DNA of 64,000 bases from Candidatus Hodarchaeota archaeon (GTDB lineage Archaea; Asgardarchaeota; Heimdallarchaeia; Hodarchaeales; Hodarchaeaceae): positions 1 through 64,000 of the forward strand of contig JAEOTM010000076.1 of the NCBI GenBank assembly GCA_016839815.1, in the 5' to 3' direction. Made by a program: the position numbers and the translations under genes. How positions within the stretch are numbered: position 1 is the stretch's first letter; every line of letters starts with the position of its first letter. The notes under the pieces were generated by a model. The model was not told the DNA's origin and ran no database searches. It was given only the letters and a program-made list of their open reading frames with translations. Shown here piece by piece: positions 1-9,772 of this stretch.

Positions 1-753
1 GATACCCGCAATCCCACTGGAGGTTAAGATTAATCCAAATGTAAAGAATCCTGAGATAAAATAGTCAAATTGAGTTAATTCGGTACTTACTACATTCTCA
101 AAAACTGAATGGAAATTTCCTGCTGTTACTTCTATGCCATAAAGTTGCGATTGGAAATTATCTAATGCATTTTCGACTTCTGTAAGGCCAGTTTGAAATG
201 CTAAGAAGCTGGGATCACCTAAAATGTTAATCGTTAAATTTTGGTTACGAATTAACGTATGATCTACAATAGGTTGTCCAGTTAGAATTATTTCCCTAGC
301 GTTAAGACCTGATAAAACCGCAAGAGAGAAATCACTCGGGATCACAATTCCGATGGATACAACCCTACTTTGCACAGAAACTAATGCTTCATCTATAGAT
401 TCGAATTCAGTCATCCTAAATGTACTATTTGAGATGTCTAAATTTGTTTGATCTTCTAAACTCTTCACGAAATATGCTCCAAACCCTTCTGTAAATGGAT
501 TAGATGATTCGTTCTCTTTCCATTTCTTTGTCGCATTTGTAAAGCTCTCCTCCCATTCAGGTTGTATAAGACTAGAATCATCAAGATTAACAATTCCAAG
601 AGACACGGTTGTCTCATCATATCCACTTCCTCCAAATATAAAGGCAAATATGAAAATAAAAAAGATGGGGAAGCCTATAATAAGAGTCATCCGAGCTGGC
701 GAACGAATGACTTGTTTAAAGGATCGAATGAAAACTTTTATTGTCATATCCAT
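1..753 (-). CDS. ABC-2 type transporter permease (partial, runs off window start)
   Basis: Not in ORF track. Manual translation from ATG at 753 (abuts the TAA of the upstream permease) gives MDMTIKVFIRSFKQVIRSPARMTLIIGFPIFFIFIFAFIFGG...SLGIVNLDD, paralogous to the N-terminus of 754..2124. Confidence 0.85.
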   Translation of the reverse strand, partial: MDMTIKVFIRSFKQVIRSPARMTLIIGFPIFFIFIFAFIFGGSGYDETTVSLGIVNLDDSSLIQPEWEESFTNATKKWKENESSNPFTEGFGAYFVKSLEDQTNLDISNSTFRMTEFESIDEALVSVQSRVVSIGIVIPSDFSLAVLSGLNAREIILTGQPIVDHTLIRNQNLTINILGDPSFLAFQTGLTEVENALDNFQSQLYGIEVTAGNFHSVFENVVSTELTQFDYFISGFFTFGLILTSSGIAGI

Positions 754-2124
754 TTAGACATCTCCTGTAAATCGTCTTATACTATAGAAAAACATCCCAA
801 ATACGAGTAGAAAAATGGAGGGAATGATTAAGAGCATTACTTCAGCCCAGACTTCAGAAATTGTAAACTCATATAACAAAATAGAGCGTAGAGCATTTAC
901 TGTGTGGGTTGTGGGTATAATATCCCATAAGATAAAATCACGAGCGACACCTGAAGCTGTCGGGACTGCGCTTGAGAACAGGGTGATCGTGGGAATTTCC
1001 ATAAACGCCCCAGACATAAATGCAATGGGGGTCATGAGAAACCCTGATGATTGTCCAGCAGTATCTGGAGAAGTAAAGATCCCTGCTAAAACAAATCCTA
1101 ATCCCGTTGTAAATATCGTTGTTACTAAGAGAACTGAAAAACCTTCAATTAAATTCCCGGCAGGACGAAAACCAAATAAGAGAATTGGTAAAATAAAGAG
1201 AATTCCCATTTGGAAAAAGGAAATGACAAATTGATAAATGGTTACTCCCATGATATATTCCCAAGGTTTGATGAGAGACAATCTAACTCGAGTGATGGTC
1301 TTTGTTTCCGCAAATTCGGTCACAAGAAATGCAGCCAGCATCCCTGATTGTGTTAGAATTCCAAATACAAGGATTCCGGGCATAATTGTGTCAAAAATGC
1401 TGTATTCCTTAAGTGCAACTGAACTAATCTCATACTCAATATTCCCCCCTGAAAATTGAAAATTATGGATATTCTCGGTAAATGATGTTAAGATCTTATC
1501 CAGAATTACTTTCACTATTGTATATCGAGTGTATCCTTCATCCCCGATAATCGTTATTTCCCCATTATCTGTTTTAGGTATGGGTGGCCCTAACCAAAAT
1601 GGATTATCATCGAGATACAGGCCTGTTTGAATGAAATTTGCATTGTTTACTGCAGAGAGGGTAGTATTAGAATAATTGTCTGGAAAGTAAACTACTGCAT
1701 CAATTTCTCTAGATTCAACATCATCTTTTGGATCAGAATTGTTTAACGCAATTTCTGTTGTATTATATTCTTCTATACTGAAGATTGGGATATCTCCTGG
1801 CACTCCTTCCTCATTAGTGTAGTTTATCGAACTCAAAGTTTGAATAAAATCATGTGCAAATCCATGGGTTAGTGTTTGATTTGAGATTCCAGTATTGTTT
1901 TCAGAATTTATAGTACGGAAATAATCTGCTAAGTCGTCAGCTATCCCTTCATCTTCATTCACGACTCCCAAGATATATGTTTCCGCGGTACCAAGTCCTA
2001 CACTACTAAAAGCAAACCAAAACATGAATGCCATAAACGCGGGTAAGGCAAGAAGGACAACTAATGATATTCTCATACGGATGAGTTCCTTCCCAAAACG
2101 TTTCGCAATTTCTAGGGGTAACAT
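754..2124 (-). CDS. ABC-2 type transporter permease
   Basis: N-terminal TM, large extracellular loop (LGVVNEDEG), then multiple TMs with MPGIL and FMSGAF motifs; directly downstream of an ABC ATPase. Confidence 0.9.
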   Translation of the reverse strand: MLPLEIAKRFGKELIRMRISLVVLLALPAFMAFMFWFAFSSVGLGTAETYILGVVNEDEGIADDLADYFRTINSENNTGISNQTLTHGFAHDFIQTLSSINYTNEEGVPGDIPIFSIEEYNTTEIALNNSDPKDDVESREIDAVVYFPDNYSNTTLSAVNNANFIQTGLYLDDNPFWLGPPIPKTDNGEITIIGDEGYTRYTIVKVILDKILTSFTENIHNFQFSGGNIEYEISSVALKEYSIFDTIMPGILVFGILTQSGMLAAFLVTEFAETKTITRVRLSLIKPWEYIMGVTIYQFVISFFQMGILFILPILLFGFRPAGNLIEGFSVLLVTTIFTTGLGFVLAGIFTSPDTAGQSSGFLMTPIAFMSGAFMEIPTITLFSSAVPTASGVARDFILWDIIPTTHTVNALRSILLYEFTISEVWAEVMLLIIPSIFLLVFGMFFYSIRRFTGDV

Positions 2125-2138
2125 CGAAAAATTCTCCC

Positions 2139-3137
2139 TTAATTGCGTAATGCCCTTCCAGTAAGATGAATAAACACATCTTCTAAAGTAGTATTACGTA
2201 TAGCCATGTTCTCTACCTCTGCTCCATGATCTTCCATATGATTCAGAATCCGGGACAGATTAGAGATCACATCCTTTGATCGCATGATCACACGATCAGA
2301 AGAAACGTAAACGTCTTGAATTGATGATCCTCCATTAAATTTCTTCAAAGCCGAGGCAATCTGTTCAAGATGTTCCTCAGCTGTATCAGCAAGCATAAAC
2401 TCTACCAAGTCACCCTCTCCAATAGATTTTTTCAAAGCCTTAGGAGAATCCATGACAAGTACTTCACCACGATCAATGATTGCTACTCGATCTGAAAGTC
2501 GATCAGCCTCCTCCATGAAATGTGTTGTTAGGATAACTGTTTTTCCCTGTTTGGGTAAATCTTGAATGTATTCCCACACCACAACACGGGATTGGGGATC
2601 TAAACCTGGAGTAGGTTCATCACACAGGACGAGTTCTGGGTTATGCACCAAGCCCATAATTAAATTTAAACGTCGTTTCATTCCTCCCGATAAGTTCTTT
2701 GCTAGTGCCTTCCGCTTCTCTTCTAACCCCATGTCTCGTATTAATTTGTCAATTGTCTCTTTTGCAGTATCGCGAGGGATACGATAGGCGTTAGCAATAA
2801 ACCACAGATTCTCTTCCACCGTTAACTCTAGATAAAGTGAAACTTCCTGAGGAATGATTCCAATTCTCTCTTTGATGAAATTCTGATTTTGTCTCTCTTT
2901 GGGATCCTTTCCTAGTATTATCACGTCACCCGCGGAAGGATTAAGTAAACCTACCATCATTCGCAAGCTTGTAGTTTTTCCAGCACCATTGGGTCCAAGA
3001 AATCCGAAAATTTCGCCCTTCCTTACCTGAAGTGAAACTCCTCGGACTGCTTCGACTTTATTGTCTCCTTTACCGAATGTTTTTCTTAGATCCTTTACTT
3101 CAATAGCAAATTGTGATTCTGTAGCCATTTTTCTCAC
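2139..3137 (-). CDS. ABC exporter ATP-binding protein (DrrA/NodI-like)
   Basis: Walker A GPNGAGKTT, signature LSGGMKRR, Walker B LCDEPT, H-loop LTTH, C-terminal TLEDVFIHLTG. Confidence 0.95.
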   Translation of the reverse strand: MRKMATESQFAIEVKDLRKTFGKGDNKVEAVRGVSLQVRKGEIFGFLGPNGAGKTTSLRMMVGLLNPSAGDVIILGKDPKERQNQNFIKERIGIIPQEVSLYLELTVEENLWFIANAYRIPRDTAKETIDKLIRDMGLEEKRKALAKNLSGGMKRRLNLIMGLVHNPELVLCDEPTPGLDPQSRVVVWEYIQDLPKQGKTVILTTHFMEEADRLSDRVAIIDRGEVLVMDSPKALKKSIGEGDLVEFMLADTAEEHLEQIASALKKFNGGSSIQDVYVSSDRVIMRSKDVISNLSRILNHMEDHGAEVENMAIRNTTLEDVFIHLTGRALRN

Positions 3138-3348
3138 AGAAAGTTGAGTCGGAATGAGAGTTCAAAAAACATCTTATCAAGTTAACTGAATCGAATTCTA
3201 ATTTTCACATTTCATCTAAGTAATGCTTAGAGAAGAAATTTTGATTATTTCTTACTCCTAAATGTGTTATATTTTAATTACACGCGAACCTTTTTATTTC
3301 CCACTTCTGATTCTATTTCAAAGACCTAATCTCAGGAACTGTGAACTA

Positions 3349-4401
3349 ATGAGTCATAAGGAGTATAACAGAATTAGTTTTGTTCTTTTTACACTTAGTT
3401 TATTCCTAATTATATTTTTAGCTGGTTGTACACAATCTGAAGATGGCCCAAACAGTTTCCAAATTTCGATTATTAATTTCGATAGATCAAAGGTGAATAT
3501 TACTTTTTCGGAGTTAACAGAGCTTGACAGTGTTACAGGTACAAGTTCTTTTGAAAATCGTTTTGGAAATGTTGGCGGTAAGGGAACGTATACTGGTGTC
3601 AATATAAGCTCCATTTTTGAATATTGTGGAATTATTTTTTTACCATCCGATCTTCTAATTGTTAAGGCGAGTGATGGTTATGAGGCGATTTATAATTACC
3701 ACAATATCTATCCAAACTCAACTTTCTACAATCTCCAGGGATCGATGGCTTTAGCATATTCTTTTGATGGAATCGATATTCCCCAATGGGATAAAGGACC
3801 ACAAATCGTTTTTTTTCCCCCAGATGGATTGTACTCGAATGAAGACAAAGGCAGTACTTCTTCACTGGAAATGGTGGGATCAGCTGGAAGTAGATGGATC
3901 TCTAATGTAGTATCTTTAGAATTGATACGAGAAAGTGAGACGTTATCAATTTACCACAATAAGAATTATACGTTAAGCTACTCGCAGTTAAAATTCCTTC
4001 CTAAAGTAACTGGAAGTGGTGGTTATATTAAGACAACAGGTGCAATCGAAGGGCCCTTCACTTTTGAAGGAGTAGATCTTGTCAAAACGTTTGATTTATT
4101 CTTAAATACTTCTGAAGACTTCTCAATCGAAGTTATTGCCACAGACGGTTACAAAATGTCTTATACGAAAGAACAAGTTTTTGGAAAAGTCCCTATATAT
4201 AATACCGAAGGAAATCAAATAGGTTATGGCGCATATGGGACAAACTTATCTCTTGTACTCGCATATAACGAAGATGGATCTCCACTTGAACATGGTGGTC
4301 CATTTAGAATGGTTTATCTGGGTGAAGATGTTATTACTGATGGTCACTTCTGGACTAAATATGTGAAGACAATTAATTTTATTCCGAGTATCACAGAATG
4401 A
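3349..4401 (+). CDS. Exported protein with two molybdopterin-oxidoreductase-like repeats; lipobox-like signal; probably C-terminally truncated
   Basis: Hydrophobic N-terminus ending FLAGC. Two repeats of YTGV/FEGV...ASDGY/ATDGY...LAY..DG...GP..V...W...V..I. ORF track starts at 3262; ATG 3349 is more plausible. Confidence 0.7.
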   Translation: MSHKEYNRISFVLFTLSLFLIIFLAGCTQSEDGPNSFQISIINFDRSKVNITFSELTELDSVTGTSSFENRFGNVGGKGTYTGVNISSIFEYCGIIFLPSDLLIVKASDGYEAIYNYHNIYPNSTFYNLQGSMALAYSFDGIDIPQWDKGPQIVFFPPDGLYSNEDKGSTSSLEMVGSAGSRWISNVVSLELIRESETLSIYHNKNYTLSYSQLKFLPKVTGSGGYIKTTGAIEGPFTFEGVDLVKTFDLFLNTSEDFSIEVIATDGYKMSYTKEQVFGKVPIYNTEGNQIGYGAYGTNLSLVLAYNEDGSPLEHGGPFRMVYLGEDVITDGHFWTKYVKTINFIPSITE

Positions 4402-4548
4402 TCACTCTCCCTTTCGGGTTTATCGGATGTAGATATTGGTTTAGATGTCTTCGATTCCTTGGTTTATTGTAATGACGAAATTCACACCTTAAATCACAGT
4501 AAAAGCATCTCATTAAAAGTTCGTTGTTTGAATCAACCATATATCTGA
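4402..4548 (+). pseudogene. In-frame continuation of the 3349..4401 gene after a TGA (probable remnant of a third repeat)
   Basis: Frame stays open after TGA 4399-4401: SLSLSGLSDVDIGLDVFDSLVYCNDEIH... to TGA 4546-4548. TE*SLSLSG looks like an EW.L.L.G repeat start, implying TGG>TGA. Confidence 0.45.
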
Positions 4549-5207
4549 ATGTCAGAAATTACGGAGTTAAAAACCAATTTTAAATTGTCTAGAATCTGAT
4601 TTAAGTGAACAGAGATGAGAGTTTGATCGAGTCCGAAGGGACACCATGCAAAGTAGAGTGCATTAGAGGTAGTGTTCGTTATTACCGTTCGTTGAGCAGG
4701 CCCATAAAGGAGACTGGCAAGTATCCCCTCATTATCTCTTAAAATTATATCATCCTTTTTCAAGATCTGTTTTTTTCCGTTCAGCTTTAAATACTGCTCA
4801 CCTCCCGTTGAAACGTCAAATAGTAATTCTCCATCGATTAAATCTAAGTCATGGCCAGATGTTAGTATGCGATCTTTAAGTTCCGCCAGAAACATACTAT
4901 CTACTAGTACGGACACTGCAGGAAACTTTCCACCCTTCTGAATGGTTAGGATTTGATACTCTATGGGGTATGTCTTCCCCCATTGTTTGAAAAAAAGGTT
5001 ATAACTGCTTATTAAGGCATCTTCACTTGGTTCAATCGGATTTTGTCTAATATCCAGTTCCAGTTCCCGTTTTTTGTTGTCAAGTAATTCACTCCCAGAC
5101 CTATTTGGGATATTCTTAACAATAAGACTACCAAAAAGTGCTTTTGAGTATGATCTTCCCAGTTTAGCGGATTTCCTTATCGATACACTCTCACTATCTT
5201 TCAACAA
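4533..5207 (-). CDS. Stand-alone B3/B4 domain protein (PheRS beta-related, putative tRNA trans-editing)
   Basis: Motifs FPAVSVLVD, GHDLDLIDG, DIILRDNEGI, RTVITNTT are typical of B3_4 proteins. Confidence 0.75.
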   Translation of the reverse strand: MLKDSESVSIRKSAKLGRSYSKALFGSLIVKNIPNRSGSELLDNKKRELELDIRQNPIEPSEDALISSYNLFFKQWGKTYPIEYQILTIQKGGKFPAVSVLVDSMFLAELKDRILTSGHDLDLIDGELLFDVSTGGEQYLKLNGKKQILKKDDIILRDNEGILASLLYGPAQRTVITNTTSNALYFAWCPFGLDQTLISVHLNQILDNLKLVFNSVISDIQIYG

Positions 5208-5263
5208 AAATCACTCTCTTCTTTTCCACTTCTAACAACTCTTGCATTGACTGAAATTTAATG

Positions 5264-5584
5264 TTATCTATGACTGTATTTCGATTTAAAAAGACGTGAA
5301 AAACCTGGATAGGGTTTTAGTGGGATTAGATCAAACGAAATCAATTTTTCCTTAACATAAGGTAGCCGTTGGAGTGTTTTACCAGCTTCTACTACGTCCT
5401 CGGATTCTAAAATCAGAACTGCACAGGATTGATCTGCTTTAAAGTACATTTCTCTAATAAAACCCTCTTGATATAAGTTCCAAGCTTCTATTGCTTCTCT
5501 CTCTGAAAGATCTTTGAAATCTTGTGGTTTACTGTCAGGGAGCTCTTTTTCAATTGCAATAATTTTCATAACTAGATGTACCAC
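5264..5584 (-). CDS. Muconolactone-isomerase-like small alpha/beta protein
   Basis: EA..AW.LY..G.IRE.YF, AVLILE, LP.VKEKLI.FDLIPLKPY pattern. Confidence 0.6.
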   Translation of the reverse strand: MVHLVMKIIAIEKELPDSKPQDFKDLSEREAIEAWNLYQEGFIREMYFKADQSCAVLILESEDVVEAGKTLQRLPYVKEKLISFDLIPLKPYPGFSRLFKSKYSHR

Positions 5585-5790
5585 CTTTATTGTATAATTT
5601 TCTTTCGTTAATTCGTGATCAAAGATTATTCAATCAATATTCATTACCGTCATAACTGATTTTTTAACTATCATTTCTCCCTAGATGTTTTATCTGAAGG
5701 AGCGTTACAACGATAAACACACCTAAAACCAAGTACAGTGCAACTCGAGTATTAACTTCTACTTTAGGAGTACTTGTCGGGTTTTTTGGG

Positions 5791-6426
5791 ATGGAACATG
5801 GAATTTTTGAGATACTCCAAGGAAATACTCGACCAACGTCAGCTCCTTTAGGTCTTCAGATGGACGCACTTGGTTTTGGGTATGTAATAGATGCGATTGG
5901 ACCAGCCCATGAATTCTGGCCAGGCGCAAGTGAACCTGCTTTTACACTAATTCCCAATTTTTTAATTACAGGAATTTTAGCCTTAATAACTGGTTTGATA
6001 GTTATTATTTGGTCAATATTATTTATTGAACGAAAATTCGGTGCCCGTATTTTCTTCTCTTTATGTATTATGTTATTTTTAGTTGGAGGAGGTTCTCCAC
6101 CCGTAACTAATGGAATTATTGCTAGTTTGCTGGCAACGAGAATTAATAAGCCATTAAATTGGTGGGTTTCACATCTTTCTGAGAAAGTTGTAAGAAATTT
6201 GGCTTATTTCTGGCCGTTGTCAATTATTTGTGTAGTCATCTTATCATTATTCGGGGTTGAACTAGCGATTTTTGGTTTGCCTCTAATCTGGTTCCTAAAT
6301 TACGATCAGATGATGATCTTCCTATTAGCTATTGGAAATTTTACTACATTATTCATACTAGCTACGGTAATTACTGCTTTTGCGTATGATATCCATTCTG
6401 GCTTAGAGTCACAAAGTAATTCCTGA
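5791..6426 (+). CDS. Conserved multi-pass membrane protein (true start probably about 5710-5713)
   Basis: Multiple TM helices with EHGI.E.LQG, EPAFT.IPNFLITG and LVGGG motifs. Upstream in-frame coding-like stretch SATRVLTSTLGVLVGFFG has no ATG/GTG/TTG. Confidence 0.75.
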   Translation: MEHGIFEILQGNTRPTSAPLGLQMDALGFGYVIDAIGPAHEFWPGASEPAFTLIPNFLITGILALITGLIVIIWSILFIERKFGARIFFSLCIMLFLVGGGSPPVTNGIIASLLATRINKPLNWWVSHLSEKVVRNLAYFWPLSIICVVILSLFGVELAIFGLPLIWFLNYDQMMIFLLAIGNFTTLFILATVITAFAYDIHSGLESQSNS

Positions 6427-6466
6427 TGTTTAGGTTACCATTCTAATCTTAACTCTGTTATGAGAA

Positions 6467-8173
6467 TTACTTATTTCTAATCATTCTCTTTTTTCTATAA
6501 AGTAAGATGAAAGATAATGGGATAAGAAGGAACATTAGTTCTGGAAATCGTGTTTTCGAGGTAGTTGTCTCCACAGAAGTTGTTGGAGAAGTAGACTGGA
6601 TAGTGGATGAGTGATCGATCTCCTGACGTTCATAGACTGCTAATCCAAGTACAATATATTGTATATTATTGTCAATTGGAATTAAGGCCATCTTAACATC
6701 TGTTTGAGGTAGCTGAAAGAGGAAGGGTTCGATTTCAACCCACTCAGCATCATACGTTTCCCCAAATTCTATGAAAGTCGTTTTTAATGTCTCTGAAGGC
6801 TCATTTACAGAAAGTTCAACTGTGGAATAGGGGATACTATCGGTGAATTCCCCTTGTTCATACTTTTCGTGAGGATAACGATTAAACCAGTAAATTCCTT
6901 CATAAAGGTGTTTTCGCTCAGAAAAATCTTGGGTAGGTACTGGTTGGGGGAGTAGAGAAGGAAAAAATCTGTCATAAAACGATGCAAGAAAGTATTCACG
7001 AAATCCTGAGCTAATACTGTTATGAGAAAGGAAGAAACCAAGTTTTAGTTCGGGAATGAGTACTAATTCACTCGCAAATCCGTATAAATCCCCAGCATGG
7101 TGGATTGTAGTTATGTTTTGCTCAACATGGTCGATATACTCATAAAATCCATAGCAGTATCCTCCTAATCGTGGATGATGAGTAAATTGTAGACTCTGCA
7201 TCAAGTGAATAGTTGTTGAATTGAGGATCCTCGAATTATTATATATTCCCTCATTTAGATGGGCAATAATGAATTTTGACATGTCAGATGCAGTTGTATA
7301 AAGAGAACCTGCTGGATAAGCCATGAAATAAAGTAGCGGTTCTAAGGGAGTCAGCTCCCCATCCTCCAGATAGTATCCTGGTGCGAGATCCTCAAGATAA
7401 TTAGGATGAATAGGTTGTTTAAAACCAGATGAATTCATGCCTAATGGATCAAAAATATTAATCTTCACATATTGGTCGAATTGAACACCAGTGATTACCT
7501 CTACTAAATAACCAGCTAATGCATATCCATAATTAGAATAGCAGAACACTTCCCCTGGTGCATAGATACGTTTAGGTAAGTTTGTTGCGAGGTACTCCTC
7601 TAAGTTTGAACTACTATTAGCAAGATATGTGTGATTCCATACTTCATCTAGGCCAGCAGTATGAGTTAAAAGATGATGGAATGTTATGGAACGATTAGGA
7701 TAAGTATTAGGGATTTTGAAAGTGGGTAAATACGTGTTAATATCTGTAGTTAAATTAAGAAGACCTTTTTCATAAAGTTGCATTACCGCAGTTGCAACAA
7801 ATGTTTTCGAAACGGATCCTGCTCGAAATATCGTCTTATTCGGATTAATAGGTATAGTTGAGGACAAGTTTGCCTGTCCAAATCCTTTTACAAAGAGAGT
7901 TTCGTTGTTTTGGACAGCAGATATTACAAGCCCCGGAACAAAGAGTGCATTGAGTATTTCTTCATCACAAATATTATCAATGAATTCTTCTATTGCAGTC
8001 GAGTTTATTGTTGAAAAATCTCCCTTAGAGAAAAAGCCAATGTCTTGTAACTCATAAGCAACACCCTTTCTCACTTTTATAGGGAGTTTACTTGGTTCAA
8101 CATTGCTCCCAAGTGATAAAAAAAGGATCAGAAAAAGGAATAACGTCTTGATTTTACTAATATACATTTTCAA
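6467..8173 (-). CDS. Exported serine hydrolase (beta-lactamase/AmpC family) with C-terminal membrane anchor
   Basis: Signal peptide; SxxK (GSVSKTF), LLTHTAG, YSN, HAGD; S/T-rich linker + TM + RKKR tail. Confidence 0.9.
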   Translation of the reverse strand: MKMYISKIKTLFLFLILFLSLGSNVEPSKLPIKVRKGVAYELQDIGFFSKGDFSTINSTAIEEFIDNICDEEILNALFVPGLVISAVQNNETLFVKGFGQANLSSTIPINPNKTIFRAGSVSKTFVATAVMQLYEKGLLNLTTDINTYLPTFKIPNTYPNRSITFHHLLTHTAGLDEVWNHTYLANSSSNLEEYLATNLPKRIYAPGEVFCYSNYGYALAGYLVEVITGVQFDQYVKINIFDPLGMNSSGFKQPIHPNYLEDLAPGYYLEDGELTPLEPLLYFMAYPAGSLYTTASDMSKFIIAHLNEGIYNNSRILNSTTIHLMQSLQFTHHPRLGGYCYGFYEYIDHVEQNITTIHHAGDLYGFASELVLIPELKLGFFLSHNSISSGFREYFLASFYDRFFPSLLPQPVPTQDFSERKHLYEGIYWFNRYPHEKYEQGEFTDSIPYSTVELSVNEPSETLKTTFIEFGETYDAEWVEIEPFLFQLPQTDVKMALIPIDNNIQYIVLGLAVYERQEIDHSSTIQSTSPTTSVETTTSKTRFPELMFLLIPLSFILLYRKKRMIRNK

Positions 8174-8206
8174 ATGGATGGAGCGGTATAAACTCTTTTA
8201 AGCCTG

Positions 8207-8773
8207 ATGAAAGTGGAATATTTTATTCAATTTGCACTTACTCGAGATGATGTCATGTCAGAGGCAGTTACAAAGTTAGAATCTTATGCAATTAAGACAG
8301 TTTGTATGTCTGCTTCATTAACCGTTTTAAGCTATCTAGCAGGAGCCGTTGTCTTATATTTCCTATATCCAATCTTAGGGGCATTTTATCTTGGCCTTGC
8401 AGTGCTCACCCTCATAGTTAGCATGAAACTCCGTTGTACTCATTGTTACTATTTGGGGAAATACTGCAATTTCGGTTTGGGCAAGCTCGCCTCATTTCTC
8501 TTTAGTAAAGGAGATCCAAGTGAATTTAGTGATTCTAAAAAGGTCGGTATCACTGCAATCATGAGTTTTGGTACAATGCTCATTCCAGTAGTTGTTGGAT
8601 TACTGTTACTTGTAATTAATCTTTCTATAGGAACTTTAGGATTGTTAATTGGGTATATTCTTATCGGTATTGTACCAAATTTCCTTATACGAGGGGATTT
8701 GTGTGAGAAATGCATGCAGGGGGACCTTGGTTGTCCGAGTTATGATCGAATGCTGAAACGTAAGCTAGATTAG
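8207..8773 (+). CDS. Membrane protein with two Cys clusters
   Basis: About 4 TMs; CTHCYYLGKYC and CEKC...GCP motifs. Confidence 0.7.
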   Translation: MKVEYFIQFALTRDDVMSEAVTKLESYAIKTVCMSASLTVLSYLAGAVVLYFLYPILGAFYLGLAVLTLIVSMKLRCTHCYYLGKYCNFGLGKLASFLFSKGDPSEFSDSKKVGITAIMSFGTMLIPVVVGLLLLVINLSIGTLGLLIGYILIGIVPNFLIRGDLCEKCMQGDLGCPSYDRMLKRKLD

Positions 8774-8903
8774 ATAGCCCTTCTCTTATATAAATAATGC
8801 ATCAGAATTACTTCTTTCACTGGAGTGATTTGCCTTAAGAATTCTTGTAAATTTTATAGGTGTAAGTCACTATTTTAACTCACGTCCAGTTGATTCTGTG
8901 TTT

Positions 8904-9338
8904 TTATTGGTTTTTCACTTTCTCAATGTCTTCTACGGGTAACCAATCATCCATATTTCCATATTCAGATCTATCAATTGCGAATGGTGATACTTCTTCC
9001 ACATCTTTGATTGAAATAAGAACAAGATAGCGTTTACCTGCCCAGCGTTTGATCTGTTTCTCTGTTAAATTCAACTTGGGTTGATTTTCTTCTACTAAGT
9101 GGATTGAAGCTTCCTTTGTCAACTTATCTGTATTTACAACGTTCGTTACCACACATTTTACTCGAATCAAACCCTCTCCATTATTACGTATTAGATATAA
9201 TGTGTCATCTTCGTGAACTCTTCCATAAGGTAGTTTGCGTCCAGTTGCTCCACGAATGATCATCGTTCGTTTTCCTGCAACAATTTCCTCCATATCTGTT
9301 GCTTTTGCTTTTGCATCTACATAGACTACGTGATCCAT
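8904..9338 (-). CDS. ASCH/PUA-like domain protein
   Basis: EEIVAGKRTMIIR resembles the ASCH I..G.K...R motif. Confidence 0.55.
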   Translation of the reverse strand: MDHVVYVDAKAKATDMEEIVAGKRTMIIRGATGRKLPYGRVHEDDTLYLIRNNGEGLIRVKCVVTNVVNTDKLTKEASIHLVEENQPKLNLTEKQIKRWAGKRYLVLISIKDVEEVSPFAIDRSEYGNMDDWLPVEDIEKVKNQ

Positions 9339-9467
9339 TGATTTACACCTTAACCTATCAGCTGTACCACAAGTTACCCAGAGTATTCTGAAGGAAAGTA
9401 AAAGAATTCACACATGACTCTGATGGTATGGTTAAAAACTAAGCTTGTAAATTTTTCACTCGTGCAT

Positions 9468-9596
9468 TTATTGAAAAACTAAAGCGGGATCTACGCCATT
9501 AAGATTAATTGTTGCTTCATAATTCAAATATTCCAGAATTTTTATGAGATCTTTGATCTCACCATCAGCTGAAGATTCTTTTGATTCAGTTGTCAT
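9468..9596 (-). CDS. Small ORF or gene remnant (42 aa)
   Basis: MTTESKESSADGEIKDLIKILEYLNYEATINLNGVDPALVFQ*, preceded by SD-like GAGGTGAAGG; below ORF track cutoff. Confidence 0.3.
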   Translation of the reverse strand: MTTESKESSADGEIKDLIKILEYLNYEATINLNGVDPALVFQ

Positions 9597-9772
9597 TTTT
9601 CCTTCACCTCACTTATACCTCTTCTGGTTTATAAGTTTAATCTCTGAGGCAGAAGAGAAAACCTCCTGATTATCTGAATTTCATCCACACCTCGTTTGGA
9701 TATATCTATGATCATTTATAATAACTAGCTTAAGATTAAGCACTAAGAAAAGGAAGGAAGGGGAAAAGGTCC

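Noticed and set aside
6467-8173. Antibiotic-resistance interpretation of the beta-lactamase-like protein (and of the nucleotidyltransferase at 20307)
   Set aside because: Motifs support only the broad families; most members are peptidases/esterases or NTases of unknown substrate.
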